NCBI GenBank assembly: GCA_015680685.1
Contig: MNCI01001768.1
Location: 352,974 to 416,973 of the forward strand
Length of the DNA: 64,000 nt
Source of the DNA: Gnetum montanum
Lineage: Eukaryota; Plantae; Gnetophyta
Direction of reading: 5' to 3'
Shown here: one piece after another, positions 24,683-39,172 of the stretch
Layout: each line of letters opens with the position of its first letter
Position numbering within the stretch: the stretch's first letter is position 1
Notes under the pieces: generated by a model
The model's input: the letters and a program-made list of their open reading frames with translations, nothing else
Databases searched by the model: none
What the model was told of the DNA's origin: nothing
Position numbers and translations under genes: made by a program

Positions 24683-26095
24683 TGTAATGATAGAAAACAT
24701 CGATCGTTGGAAACACCGAACGAGAGTACGTGTACATAATTCTAACCCCGGATCTGTGTGAGCGCCGTGCTGGAGAAGATGAATCCGAGGTGCCTTGAAT
24801 GGTCTTGTTGATCAGATAGGGACTTATTTGATCAATAAAACCTTTGTAATAATTGGATGACAAAAGGGGGATCCCAATGAGGAGATATAATGTCGTTAAT
24901 CCCGAAAGTAATTGAAAGCAATGTAAACGATTTAAAGCGATTGAAAAATCTATATAAATAGGACGCAAGAAATTAGATTTATAGAGAGTGCAATCCCAAG
25001 ATCTAGGATTTAACTTATGAACGAAATATGTTGGATACAATGATTACAGGCGAACTTCAGTTTGGACGAAGCACATGTTAGCAGTAGGAAAGTTATTTAA
25101 AGATGAAACACTCAAAGGTCAATCTACCTTGTTCTAGACAATCTGGGCACAAGGAAGTCAGACCTGAGGCAGAATATCTGTTAACTACCTATTTCTGATC
25201 AAGGGTTCTTACCAATCACCTCCGATGTTCTCATGATCACTGATCCTCTTTTGCTCTCTTGCCAATCTTGAAAAAAAATTTTGCCAACCCTTTGATCTTT
25301 GTCAACTAGAGCATTTATAAGGTTAGGGTCAGGAGAAAAATGCGGTTTAGATGATGCGTGTCCTAAACTTATAAGATGTCATTGACTTGATGTGTTTGCA
25401 TTTGAAGCTTACGGTGCCACGCTGCATTATGCTCTGAAGCGTAACGCGTCGTAAACCACTCTTGTTGGAGCTTTGGCGACCGACTGTTCTTTGATTATGC
25501 TACAATATGCTTCGAGAGTGCACTGTGATGTATGAACTGTTGATGCTTGTATTGTGCTATCTGTCATCGCTTGCATTACGCTGCATCATGCTAGTTCACA
25601 TTGCATAGCATAATTCAATGTAAAATAGCGAACTTGCAAAAAATTGAAGTATTGTCACCGCGCTTCCTTTGGTTCTGATCAATCCTTCTGGGGTTTATTA
25701 CACTACACTACGTAATGTAGTGTAATAGGTCCCTTAATCGAAAAATTTATTGAAATGTCTAGCATGCTGCAGATTGTTGCTTAAGCCTTCAGATTTTACT
25801 GGGTCATCGAAGTCTCGAATTTTTGCCACCTCTATTGTTGCGATGGATTACATTCTGGCATTACGCTGCGTTATGCAACATTATGCGACATTACGCTATG
25901 TTGCGTAATGTAGCGTAATATGCCGAAAGTTAAGATTCTCACAACATAGAAAACTTGCAAAGTTTGGAGGCTTTCCGTCGTGCACCCCTTGTCTTGTTCT
26001 GTCTTCTGAAGTTTATTTGTGCTTGTCGCAAATCTTTGCATGAGTTACCAGATTTTACTGAACCATTGAGGCCTTGAAATTTTCATGGTGTTTCA
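24683..26095 (-). repeat. 5' LTR of B (1413 bp)
   Basis: tgtaatg...ggtgtttca, followed by TSD ctatc. Confidence 0.9.
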
Positions 26096-26100
26096 CTATC

Positions 26101-29100
26101 TACTGTGCTGGCAGGTGAATTTGCAGCCTTGCTTCGCTGTGTTTTTGCAACATTGGCCATATTGGCCTAATGCTAACAATATGTGTTTGTTACCAGGTTC
26201 TTCATCAACAAAGATGGGATTCACGATTGACCAAGTCTGTTGGCTATAGTACAGATAGCCCTACAGGAGTTCTCTTCTGCTGAGAACTTGTGGGCGGGTG
26301 TTATCGGTCAATGCGAGGGTGAATACCACACCTACCCAAGCCTATATTTTATTCCCTATGATCAGTGCAAGGGGCAGGGTTAGCTAAATGAGGAGTGGAC
26401 AGAACCCTTCAAACCAGTCACGAATGAACAAGTTCTAGTTGAACTTTCGTCATTCCTATTATCGTATAGGCCTGGTAGGCCGAACAGTAAGTCTCACATT
26501 CTTAAGTGCCTTTTCAATCTTTGTATTTTCTACATTTTTATGCTAAACATTTTTGCAAAAACTGTTGCAGGGACAAAGAAGCTCCAAGAGGTGATGATGG
26601 TAACTACCGAGACACAACAGGCAAACATCTACTTCAAATACGAAGAAGTAGACGCAAGCCAATGCTGGATAAACAGTATGGCCTCAGACTCCTTGGTCCA
26701 AAACATCCAAAAGGCTGGGCTTATGGATCTGTTCTTGGCCCTAAATCTGATCGTTCCTACTGTCGAGATGCTCTCCCTAGTCAACTCCTTTTCTGAAAAG
26801 GTGGGCCGCTTCCGCACGCACATACGAGGCATGCGGGTGGTCATTGAAATCAATGACCAACTATTTGCGGACCTGTTTGGTGTCCCTGCTGACGACATCC
26901 TCATAGGGTTGAAGGGTAAGAAGGAGCTAACCCTTTAGAAGAAGGATATTCAAGGGTGGTTGGAGATTGCTAAGGAGCGAAAAGGGCTTCCCATGGAGAA
27001 GCTTAAAGATGGACCTGCTAAGGAGATCTACCCTATCTTTTGTTCTCACTTATTCCCCGATCTACTTATCCAAGGGAAGGTCCTAGGGATTAACCAAGCT
27101 TGGATAATGCGGGAGGTCATGGAAGAGGAGGCCTATTACATTTGGGCCAGCTTTCTATGTAAAGGCTTACAGGCTGAAATTTTGGGACTCCGTCAGAAAT
27201 TGGAGTCCCATTCCAACATACATTATGCCTTCTACATAGCCTGTATAAAGTGCTTCGTGGAGCTTCTGGTGGTTCACGAGAATGGAGTCTGGATCATGTG
27301 AAATTGCAACCAGACTTCGAGACCGTGGATTCACCAGATCCTTCAGACCACATGAGCCCAAGATCCCCTAGAAATAATTGGGGAGTCGTTCTTTGTGATG
27401 ATCAAGGATTGGGTGGCTCACAATGTTTGTGGCCAGGACAGCATAGGTGAGACACCCCCTGCTGTAGCTGGTAGCATGTCGTGAGGGGAACTTTTCATAG
27501 CTGAGACTATGCCCAAAAAGTTGTAGCGGAAGAGGCCTCCTCCAACTAAGGAAACCCTTCACATGGAGGAGGAGGAGAGGCAAAGCCTATGACTTAAACT
27601 ACAAAGGATGCAACCCCCCATTGTTAAACGCTTTTGTTCAATGCTTACTTTGTCATTGTCTACTACGCTAGGCGACGTAGCATAGCATAGCACCTGCTCT
27701 AGGCTAACTTGTTTTGTACTAATGCAAACATGTTTCTTTGCTGGTAGAGAAAGAAGAAGAAGAATAAGAAGGCAACAAAGAGGTGTTGGCCCCTAAGGTG
27801 GGGGTAACAAATAAAGACATGAAGGTCCTAGTCTTGCAAGAAAGGGCCCTGGTCAAGAAGAAGGGAGCTCCCGCCGCTAAGGTAGGGGCTCTTGTCATTA
27901 GGGAGAATCCTCCTACCAATGAGGAGGGCATTTTTGGAGATGAAGAAGAGTCTCCTTTAAATAAAAGAGATGATGGTCTCTCAAAAGGAAAGGCACCAGT
28001 GCATGAGGAAGAGGTCCTTACAAATTTAGCAGGGACCTCTGCCAAGGCTACCGCCATTGTCTTGCATCAGCTAGAAGGGAGACTACAATCGGACGTTGGT
28101 GAGTTTGATAATATATCTGCTTTTTCATAGCCTATTTTATCCATTTCTGATATGATTAGTTATGTAACAGGTTCCACTATTGATGTTGTAGGACCCCCTC
28201 CGATTCGTGCAGAATCATGGGCTAAGATCCCTGACAAGTTTACGTTCGTGCATGGAAACGTTGACAACAAGATAAACCACCTCCAGTAAGCGAACCTTGA
28301 TGCAGGTAAGTAGTAGTATTAGATGCCCTTATGTTATGCTAAAATTTTTTGAGTTTGCAAATATTGCTATGCTAACGTGATTGTTATGCTCTTTATGTCA
28401 TGGCAACCTCTCAACTCAAATGGGACTCGGCACAACCTTTGAAGGTCGGTGCCATGCCTACATTCCCACCTGAAGTGACCGAGGTGTCTTATCGCACATA
28501 CAATGAGGCTTGTAAATGCATTTTGCACTTGGCATGCTTCTTGTGAGAGTATAAGCATGTCAATGAGGACCTATGGAAATGGGTCCAAAGAGCTAAGCAA
28601 AGAGAGGCTGACCTGGTCGCCTAGGTGGAGGATCTTATGTCAAGGAACAAGTTCCTCATAGCTCGTGACACTAATAATGAGGACTGGCACATGATTGTGA
28701 TAGACTACACTAGATTTTGGACTTTCATGCATTATAACGTTGAAGCCACTCACGAGATAATCAAACAGTGGATGCAAATGGACTTGCTAACCCAGAAGTG
28801 TCAGGATCTAAAATACTTTAGCGCTAAGGTTTACGAATGGGGGCAGTCCCAGAAAAACCATAAACACATTCATAAACAAGAAAATGCCACTCATTGTAAA
28901 CTGTACAGGGACATTGCTATGGAGACGTTTACGTATAAAGCATTCATAAATGCCATTGACGCTTTTGAGGCCTATGCCAAGTTCAAAAAGCAGATAAAGC
29001 TTACGGAATTTCCTGACCTAAAAGTGGACCTTCCCACAGGAGACACTGCAACTATCTCCTTTTCCCCAAGACCACCAAGGTGGACAACTACTAAAAGGAA

Positions 29101-29437
29101 GAGAGCTACTGCGAACACTGAACCAAGTAACAGGCATTGGGTGGACATCACGGCAGAGGAGGTCTAGCATCGTCTCAGGCTCGGTTTAGACCGGATACCC
29201 TTTGAGACGGGCGTAGGCCCTTATTAGGTTAGTTGCTTTCTACTGTGTTAATGCTTATGCTCTATTGTAGTTTGTGTTTGTTGCCCTAGCTGACCACTTC
29301 ACTCCTACGATGTAGGCTCTAGATGAGGGCACAGGGCCTATAGAGGGAGGAAATGAAGAATCGGTAGAGGGCAACGCAGGGGAAGGTGATGCAAAAGGAA
29401 ATGATGTAGGGACGAATGGCAAAGATGATGTGAATAG
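26101..29437 (+). pseudogene. Accessory gene of A, rest of exon 2 and exons 3-8 (PMD/Transposase_32-like, coiled coil)
   Basis: 26101-26114 completes the 450-nt exon 2 (YCAG then GT). Exon 3 is 26197-26486. Exon 4 starts at 26571 (AGLMDLFLAL...INDQLFADLFGVP...WASFL...RQKLESH). Later donors lie near 28099, 28306 and 29228. Confidence 0.8.
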
Positions 29438-29471
29438 AGACAACCCATGATAGCATGGGATTTTTTTTTGA

Positions 29472-29705
29472 NNNNNNNNNNNNNNNNNNNNNNNNNNNNN
29501 NNNNNNNNNNNNNNNNNNNNNNNNNNNNNNNNNNNNNNNNNNNNNNNNNNNNNNNNNNNNNNNNNNNNNNNNNNNNNNNNNNNNNNNNNNNNNNNNNNNN
29601 NNNNNNNNNNNNNNNNNNNNNNNNNNNNNNNNNNNNNNNNNNNNNNNNNNNNNNNNNNNNNNNNNNNNNNNNNNNNNNNNNNNNNNNNNNNNNNNNNNNN
29701 NNNNN
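29472..29705. other. Assembly gap
   Basis: Run of N. Confidence 1.
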
Positions 29706-29830
29706 GCCATTTTAGGCCATAGTGCAACATAGTTTTAGGTCATTTTAAGCCATAGCACAACATAGTTTTAGGTCGTTTTGAGCCATAACGCAACATAGTT
29801 TTAGGTCATTTCGGGCCATAGTGTAACATG
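29706..29830. repeat. Tandem array (about 33 bp, catagttttaggtcatt) next to the assembly gap, equivalent to B 20437-20610
   Basis: About 4 copies are visible; the array probably continues into the N-gap. Confidence 0.75.
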
Positions 29831-29924
29831 CTAAAAAGATGGTATGTTAACAAAGCAAAGAGTGGCGAATGTACAAGGGATGGCAACTAGGCAGGAAGTA
29901 GTGGGGTTGCTACGGTATGCATAG

Positions 29925-32900
29925 CTACCTCTTGACCCACCGTGGGTTGAGTGGAATGTAAGGCTGAGGTGTTTTGCCAAGGCACTCGTTCACATCAGTG
30001 TCCCCTGCTTGGAAGGGTAACTCAACCCATGTGCTTTCATTTTGGTAACCAACTTTCTGAGCCGATTCTCCTGTTGGATGGTTAATGTGTGCGTGAGCAG
30101 GCACTTCATTCTCAGAGGTTATGATCTCTGAGCTTTGCTCCATGTCTATGTTACCGATAGCTTGTGCTACTACTTTGTCATCATGCATCACCGCCTCCCT
30201 GCTTGCGTATGGTAGGTGGATTTCCTGGTGTATAGGTGAGGAGACAGCCCTAAGTTGTGCCAACCATGATCTCCCCAAGATTAGGTTAAACCTAGGCATT
30301 TCCTTGACTACGATGAATGTTTCATTTGTGGGGAACTGGTCCCCCACTATGAAGTCTATGTGAACTGTGCCCTTCACTAGGATGTGTGCCCCGTTGAACA
30401 ACCTCAGGCATGACATTGTTGTGGGTTTGATTTGGTCAACCAAGCCCAACTTGTCCACAATAGGGAAGGGGATGATATTCATGGCAGCCCCATCATCAAT
30501 GTGTACCCTTTGGATCTGGTGTTGACCGACCTGAATTTTGATGAAAAGGGATGCCATGGTCACCTAAACCCTCTCAAGATCTTCCCTAATGGCGTTGTCG
30601 CTAAAAGTCAATTAGGATGGCTCAGACTCTATGGGTGCAGAGGGAAGCATGACCAAGTGGATCATTTCCTCTTCCACTGGCATGTCTTTGTTGACCAGAA
30701 TTGCTGTCAACATGCGAATTAGAGCCTCATGGTGGGGGACAGATGTCATGATTAGGTCGTACAAGCTCAGTGTAGTGTTTTTCTATTTTAGAGCTTGCTT
30801 GACCTGAGTGAGGACATCCAGATGGTCTGTCCCGGCCCCCTATTTAACATTTTTCTCCTCTTTGATTCATCCCAGAAGATGAATTTCTTGAGGAGGGACA
30901 ACTTTGGATCTAGGTTCAGACCCTTTTTGGTAGGGCAGCATGGACTATGTGGTTATAGAAATGTTCATCTTTGGTGACAAGGGTGCATATGTAGGGGGCG
31001 AAGATGTAGGCTTGGAAGTACCAGAGGTGGTACCTCCTCTCGATCTCTCGCCTGTGAAACACACTTCCCATTTTTTAGGACGAGAAGGTTGTTCAGCTAT
31101 TTTATGCCGGGTGGGGGTTATCGAATGAGTTGGCCCCCTAATGATGAAAGGAGCTAATGGTGTTCGCGGGTGAAGTAGCGCAGTTTCGTTAACAGGTGGT
31201 GCAGAGATGGATGCCCGTGGAGGGACTCTTAGGATGAACGACTATTGCGAGCTTTGATTAGCTGCTCATGGTGCTGGTGCACTATGTTGAGGCACATGGA
31301 GCACAAATGGCTGCTACAATGGCCTAGGATCACTATCAATGCCAATGGCATTGATGACATAACTGGCATTGTTAGCGTTGAGGGGATCTATGTAGACATG
31401 CATAGATTGGTTTTCAAGATGTACTGGGTTGCTTTCATCGAACACCAGTTTTCCCTAGTTGATCAATCTCTGGATGTCATCCTGCAATGCTAGATAGTAA
31501 TCCGTGTTGTCACCACACTGTTAGTGATAGTCACAAAACCTGTCCAGCTGGAAACCCTTAGGAACTGGGGGCTCATTGGGCAGGGCCAAAGAGGGGTTCC
31601 TAAGGAGCTCGTAGTAGCATTGATGTCCCCTGCTTGCTTCTTTCGACATCTGCTTGTATTGCATGTGCCCCATTGCCAATAGCTGCTTCAGAAGTTCTGA
31701 AGGCTTAAGAGGCAACTGGGTGTACTTTGAACAATCTTTACGCTCAAAGTTCAATTTGGGTTGCGCAGATGTCTCAGGTGTTCAAATTGGAGGTTGTGGT
31801 GCATTACCCTGCTTGGGCATAGGGTTAGCTGTGGGTACGACTAGTTTCTTGTTGCCCTTGTTACCATTGTTACTAGGTATGGGCTTAGCCTCGATTGCCA
31901 CAGCAGCCACTGTGGTTGTTGGGGCCTTACCCTTGTCCTTCTTTATGAAGGTGTTTTTGTAAGCAATGTAGGCTGGGAATTTGCTTGCCTCAGTCGCATC
32001 TTGTATACTCTTAGTCTGAGCAGAGGATTGACTAAGAGTGTGAGGGGTGAGGTAGTACAGTTTAGACTTGATAAAGTCATTCACTACACCCTTAAAGATA
32101 GCCAACAAGTGGGCCTCCGTGATGCACTTGTGGATTTCGTTAAGGGTCACGCTCCAACGCTGCATGAATTTCTAGACTAGTTCTAGAGGCTCCTGCTTCA
32201 TGCTCATTAGCTGGTCCAGCGTGGTTTCTACCTTCTAGTTATACTTGAAGCATGTCACAAACTGGGTCAAAAGCTCTTCTAGAGTTGAAATGGATGAGCG
32301 TGGTAGCGTGTGATACTAATCTAAGGCTTTCTTGGCTAGGGACATGGCAAAGACATGAATAATCATGTGTGGCCACTGTTGCAATAGAAGGGATTCAGAT
32401 CTAAAGGTAACTAGATGTGTGTTGGGATCCCCCTTCCCATCATATTTTGTGAAGTGTGGGAGAGACATCCCTAGGGGTAATGTCAAAGAAGGATTGCAGG
32501 GCTAATGGGGTCATCCTGATAAAAGTCCATGACTTGTACCATGTTAGACCCAACAACTTTGAGGTGCTTTATTTCCTTGGTGAGAGTTTGGATAAGCTGG
32601 AACACTTGATCCAAACCTTGCGATGGTGTGGGCAGCTGGGGAACTACTGAGGCAGCCCCCACCTGTGGAACGACAGGGGTTACGGCTTGACCCATCAGCG
32701 GTACTATTGGGATAGCCCCCGCGAACGGTGCTACTTGCGCTGACCACCACCTAGTAGGTGGTGTTGTTGAAGTAGCAATTATGGTTTGAGCCACTGGATA
32801 GACTACTTGTGTCACCGGTAGAATAGACCATAGCCCTATGTTAGGTTGTACCATTTGCGGGGTTTGGTACGTCTGAGGGTGAACATAATGAGACATTTGC

Positions 32901-33730
32901 AAAAATTGTGGAATAGGTGAAGAAGTGAATGGGGTCCACCACATGGACTGGCCTAGGCCCACCATAGTGGGTGGAATAGATATGAACATAGGAATTAACA
33001 TGGAAGTTGCATGCGACTGCGAAGTAGTTACAGTATGAACATGCAACAAGGTAGCCACGATTGATGTGTGATGTGCTACGGGAATGGGCTGTTGAACAAT
33101 TTGTAGAGGCATAGTTGCTGCAAATGAAATAGGAGAATAAGGGCATTGATATGCCAGGAAGGTAACATGGCTACCCATTGTGGTTGTAGTTGTAGGCAAC
33201 GAGAGCATAGGCATGATGACAAAGGGAGTGGTGATAGACAATGGATTGGCCTAGAAGGACTAGGAAGGAGGGATGGGAATGGGGTTGGCTTGATCTCCCT
33301 TGTTGGATTGGGAATCAAGTTCCTCCTGTCCATCCTGAAAAGCATCATCTTAGTTGGATGTTGTGTCTTGTTGCTCCTTAAGCCTAGCCAACTAGATTAG
33401 TTGGTCTAGAAGCATTTGGTTTGTTTGTGTCAAAGGTGTGGAAGTGTCGGGAGTGGGAACAAACTCCTTCTTGTCATAGTAAGCAAACTCAAAGCCATGT
33501 TTGCCTTTGAATTTGTGTACTTCCAAAGGCAGGTTTGCCTGAACCTTTGCACACAGGAAGTTATAGTGCTCATGTTGTTGGGCCAAGCCCTCAGGTCCTT
33601 GGTTTTGGATCCTTAGGGATCAACGTGTTTCCAGCATTGGGTTTAGCGGTTGTTTGACACCAGTGATGCCTTGAACCGTGATGGGAACCTCAACATTGAG
33701 GGCATTAGTAGCAGTAGTTTTAGAAGTCAT
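29925..33730 (-). pseudogene. gag: gag-protease of A
   Basis: HFTKYDGKGDPNTH, FCDYH knuckle, VHIDDGAAMN protease and FNLILGRSWL. Confidence 0.88.
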
Positions 33731-34163
33731 TGTTATTAAGCTAGGTAGTTTTGGGAATGGAGAAAAAAGCAAAGAATTTCAATAGCTAAGCAGTTTTGCA
33801 AACGAAAAGAGCAAAGAAGTTGGCAAGTAATCAAAAAGTCTTTATGTCTTGCAGGGCTCCCGAGGAACCGTCAAGGTGACCGATCTGTACCACACGACGC
33901 GTAAACAACTGCAAAAGGATGTCACGTTTACACTAGTGCATGATAGGGTATAGAATGCATGCAAGACTAGCATAAGATAGGCAAGTCAGTTGGCAACTGG
34001 AGGCTTTATGTCTTGTAGGATTCCCAAAGAACTATTGAGATGATTGATCTACACTTGACAATGCATAAACAACCATAGATGGGTGTCAAGTTTACACTAA
34101 TGCATATCAAGGTGCAGACGGCTTACACGACTACTGTGACATGTGGAAAAGGCACCAAAAGAT

Positions 34164-34179
34164 CCTCCTTCTAGTGCCA
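34164..34179 (-). promoter_or_regulatory. PBS of A (tRNA-Asn type)
   Basis: Minus strand tggcactagaaggagg, adjacent to the LTR. Confidence 0.82.
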
Positions 34180-34186
34180 GAAAAAC

Positions 34187-35810
34187 TGTAGTGACTGAAA
34201 ACATCAGCAACTAGAAAAATGCTGACAGGACGTCAGCTGCTGAAAATCTTAACCCCATTTCTGCGGGAGGGCCATGTTGGAGGGGACAAAAATGGGGAGC
34301 CCTGAACAGTCTGGTCGATTAGACAGGGACTTAGTCGGTGTCTATATAACCTTCTGTAATATGTAATTTGAAAATGAGACTACTAACGCAAAGGAATGCT
34401 TAAATGCAAGAGAAACAGAAAATAATGTAAAATGCAATAGTAAACAAGTGATAATGTAAAAATGTAGTTAGAAAAATGCACCACTTCGAAGCTATAACCT
34501 CACTCTGTCAAGATTAATACAATTGGTTGCACAACGTCGGGGGGTGCAGAGATCCCGAGAGTAACCAAGACATGTAGAGCGAGATGGCTATGTGTTTGAA
34601 CACAGGCTTAGTCGTCAACAATGCAAAGTGCTACCAAGGTGGTAAGAAAGAGCAGAATGAAATGCTAACTAAGAATGCTAACTATTTACAATGTCAAAAT
34701 AGGAAGCTTACAATGCTTGAAGTTACAATGCCAACTTTTTGCTCATCAGCCAACAAAATTGTTAGTCGACTAAATTGCTCAAAAAATCTAAACCTGAAAG
34801 TTCCCAAAAGAGAGCATGAGTGCCAATAGCTAAAATGCCACAGAGAGAAAACCTAGCTAAAGAGAAGCTAGAGAGGCTTTAAGCATCACTCATTGGGGTA
34901 TTTATAGGACCAAGGGTGTGCGAAAGAAACGGTTTGAACACCACGTGCCCTGGGCTTATGCTGACCTGTCTATGCTGCACGTGCCTGCATGATCATTGGG
35001 CAAGCCTACCATGCTGTAATTATGAGCTTGGCATGTCGTAATTGCACTGTCAAAGTAACAGTGTAATTAGGTGAGGTGCATTGATGTCGCATAACCGCTT
35101 GTCATGTTTTTCTATGCCTTGTAGTGTAGCATGTTTGGCATGGCGTAGCAATTTTTTACGCTATGTTACGCTACGTAGCGTAGCGTAGCATAGCTGCCAG
35201 TTTGAAGCGAGAAACTTGCGTTGTGTCCTACTACATGCGTTAGAAACCTTTGGAATGTGCTAACTATTTTTCACATTTTTGCTATGCTACACTACGCTAC
35301 TTAGCATATCATAGCATAGTAACTGGCCATAGTCGCAAAAAACATCACCCATCTACAAACTTTGTCTTTTGCACTACGAAACTTACGAACTTGCTAATCC
35401 TACCCTTCAAGATGCCCTCTGTCACTTCTACAGAATTGCTACACCTCGCTGCGCCATGTAGCTTAACGTAGAGTAGCAGCAAACATGATGTAATTTTGGC
35501 CAAGTTCGCCACTTTCTGACAGACGGAGACATTGCCGAAGGACTTGAACTTGAGCAAGGGGACTGGTTGTCTAGCTTTTGCTATGTTGTGCTATGCTGCA
35601 TAGCATAGCACTATGTTTCTGCAAACATTTTCTGAATTTTTCTATGCTACATGGTGTAGCGTAGCATAGCAAGAATCCTTATCTTAGAAAACTTGCCAAA
35701 CTAGATAGTCTAAACATCAAAGCATCCATCTCTTGAAGAATTACCGTAACGTTGCGTGAATTGCAAAGGTTTGGTGAAGCAGGCATGCCTTCGAATTTTG
35801 GGGTGTTTCA
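34187..35810 (-). repeat. 5' LTR of A (1624 bp)
   Basis: Same length and termini as 861-2484. Confidence 0.93.
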
Positions 35811-35815
35811 AAATC

Positions 35816-38800
35816 ATTATGGTAAGTGGGTTGAAAGATCAAGATGTGATATCAAACTATGACAAGCCCCTATAGGATGGGAAAGAGGATTTTAAGTCCC
35901 AACCAAATAGTCATGTTCTATTTTATGCCTCTATCTGACAACTTGCCTCTACTTCTATGCCATGCCAGTCATAGTCATCTACCTTCTTTGAGGTAGCGGT
36001 GACACTTCTACTAGCCAACTCCACACTAGTTGTAGCTAGCCACCAAGAATTACATGCACAGCAAAGTGTAGGACCTTCCACCACTTTCTTCTTTATCATC
36101 TCCTCCCAGTCTATGCATCCTTCCCTGCTAGCATTTTTTATGCTGACACTATCGTATGTGCACAAAATGCCCATATCTTAGCTACAGACAAGTCATGTGC
36201 CCTTCATACTAGCCATCTCAGTAGCACCTTCGACAATAGCCTAAGCCACAATTGTGTAGTGAGTTGTGACCTCTATTCCTATGGCACAACTGTTGCACAT
36301 CCCATAATACATGCAATATTAAACTCAACAAGCATCCCCTATGGTAGCATAACCTACAATAGGGCTGTGGGCTGCTCTGATAGCACCACAAGTAGCACAA
36401 CCAGCACAATTTTTTATGACATCCCAAGTTTGGACCAAGCATTTCAACTCATTCAAACTCTCACAGAGGAGGTTAGGGAACTTAAAGCGCCCAATTTAGA
36501 AATAATCCATGTGATGGACTTCTATCAAGATGACCACATCAGTCCTATGGTCCCAGCGTTAACTCTTCTTGGGTTCCAACTTCATCAATTCACAAAATAC
36601 AATAGTAAGGGGGACCCCAACACCCACCTGGTAACTTTGCATTCTGAATGCCTTCTTTTGTAAGCATGGCCATATGCAACCATTCGTGTCTTTGCCATTT
36701 CCTTGATTAACAAAGCTCTTGATTGGTACCATGTGCTCCCTAGAGCTTCCATCTCAACTTCGGAGAAGCTACTTAGCCAGTTTATAACTTGTTTCAAGTA
36801 TAACTTAAAGCTCGAAGCCACACTAGACCAATTAATGAACGTCAAATAAGGAGTGCTAGAGATAGTACAGAAATTCATACAATGTTGAAACACTTTCCTT
36901 AATGAAATTTGTTAGTCAATAGTAAAAAATCACCTTCTAGCTATCTTTAAGGGCACAACAAATGAGTTTATCAAATCAAAACTATACTACTTAGCCCTGT
37001 GCTTTCTTAGCCAAGCTTTTTCTCAAACGAAGAGCATACAAGATGCAGTGGAAGCTAGTAAGGTCTTAGCCTATGTGGCCTATAAAAATGCACATACAAA
37101 AAAGGATACAGAAAAGGGGAAGGTGATAATAACTATTGTAGTTGTGGTTGATGAGGCCAAACCCAACAACACTAAGCTAGTAGCCAAGGTGCCTAAACCA
37201 CTAGCCAACACAATAAGGTGTTAGGTTCTAGCACTACACGAACCAACCAACCCGCACCATTGATGGTCATGGGGCAAACTCCCCAAAGGTCAAACTTTGA
37301 ATGCAAGGATCACTCAAAGTATACCTCCTTACCCATTAAACTATCTAAGCTCTTGGATCAATTGCTTAGTGCTAGGCACATCCAACACAAACAAATGTCT
37401 AAGGATGCTTGAAAATGCCATGAGAGGTACTATGATATCCTTAGAAAAATTTTTGTAGCTATGCCAAATGAGCCCCTGATCCCTAAAAACTTTACATTAG
37501 ACCAATTATGTGACTATCATCAGTTACATGGCCATGACACAGACTACTATTTAACGTTAAAAGACAACATTCAATGCATAATTGATCAAGGAAAAATGGT
37601 CCTTGATGAGGGCAATCTTGTACAACTAGAAAATCAATCGATGAAGCTCTATAAGGACCCTCTCAATGCTAGCAATGCAAGTTACATCGTCAATGTTATC
37701 AACGTTGATGACAATGTGGAACTGGCACGTGAACCATTTATAGTTAGTGTGCCCTTTGGTGACGCTAGGGGCTCAACATTGACTAGGCCACAATCCCCTT
37801 TTGTCATTAAAGTGATACCTTGGGTGCCCATGACATCCTTCGTGATTGGGACCTGCAACATGTAATGAAGATAGTAACCCAAATACCTTTTATCATTAGG
37901 ATGCCATATTTGCAGATCCCCACCTACCTCTAGTCCAGTGATGGGAACTATGTCATATCCTGCCTACTCAAAATCATACCCTATGAGACATAATGAGTGT
38001 CTTGCTGACAAAATGATTAGGAAATGCATGGAGCTACGTTCTTCTATGCCCACCCCCTTGTTAGCCATCCCCATGACCTCATCATATCAAACTACCAATG
38101 CAATGCAAACAGCTGACAGATAAGCACTAAGGCTTAAAAGCCTACTACACAACCAAAGGTTAAATCTCCTCCCTAGGAGATTCATCTCTTGGGATGCATG
38201 GAGGAGATAAAAGCCACTAAGAAAATAGATGGTGGAAAAGATTTCTTGGACATGCTGGCACAAGCTAAATAGGATTTCAAATAAAAGAACATAAATTTGA
38301 GCCTGTATGACTTGATACTGACCTCTTTTGCTCATTACTAGTCATTGGTTCACATGCAAACATCCATTTTACTTATGGAATATGTTCGAGTAGACAAAAA
38401 GGCCATTCACACTATAATGTTTTCACCCATAACTCAAAAGTCAAGGTCAACACCCTTGACATTTTGTGATGAGGCAATCAAGGTTGATCCTGAAAATGGT
38501 TAGGTGACTAATGCACCCATGTTTATAACAATTCATGTATGCCAATATAAAATTTTTAGGGTACACATCGATGATAGTGTAGCAACTAATATCATTTCAT
38601 TCCCTATCATTGACAAGCTTAACCTAGTGGACCAAATCAGGCTAACAACAACAACGTGCTTGAAATCTTTTAATGAAGCACATGTTGTTATAAAAGGAAC
38701 AATCATAATTGCTTTTGTGGTAGGGGAGAAATTTCCCACTAACACTGACTTCATTGTAGTTGAAGAAATGCCTAGATTCAACCTGATCCTAGGGAGGTCT

Positions 38801-39172
38801 TGGCTAGCCTAGCTATAGGATATTTCTTCACCTATTCACCAAATGATCCACTTGCCCTATGAGGGTGGAAAGGTGGTGATCTATGGTGACAATGTAGCAC
38901 CCCCCCCCCCCCTAACCATCAAAAATGTAGATATTGAACAAGGGTCAAAGGTAGAGTTCTTTGAAGATGCACCACTTATTCAAGGTAAAAGTCAATGTTG
39001 TTCAGCTGATCCTAAACAACCAAGCAAAGCAAGCGATCTCCATGAGGGAGCTCTCTAGGAAAAGCTACTTATTTGTGCAATAGACGAAGGTCTAGGAAGA
39101 TACCGTCTTGTACCTCCTAGGCCTTACGTGCCTCCTAACACACATCAAGTTAGAAAACAACTACATGACTAA
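35816..39172 (+). pseudogene. gag: gag-protease of C (main part)
   Basis: FTKYNSKGDPNTH, CDYHQLHGHDTDYY, VHIDDSVATN and FNLILGRSWL; the frame ends RKQLHD*. Confidence 0.87.

Larger units (their letters stand above)
9339..26095 (-). mobile_element. Tat-lineage LTR retrotransposon B, nested in exon 2 of the accessory gene of A
   Basis: LTRs at 9339-~10386 and 24683-26095, TSD ctgtc/ctatc, PBS at 24660-24676, gag-PR and pol on minus. Confidence 0.92.
861..35810 (-). mobile_element. Tat-lineage LTR retrotransposon A, full length (about 18 kb once B is removed)
   Basis: Two 1624-bp LTRs (861-2484 and 34187-35810) with TG..CA ends. TSD aactc/aaatc (1 mismatch). PBS, PPT, gag-PR and pol lie on the minus strand. 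Confidence 0.93.
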
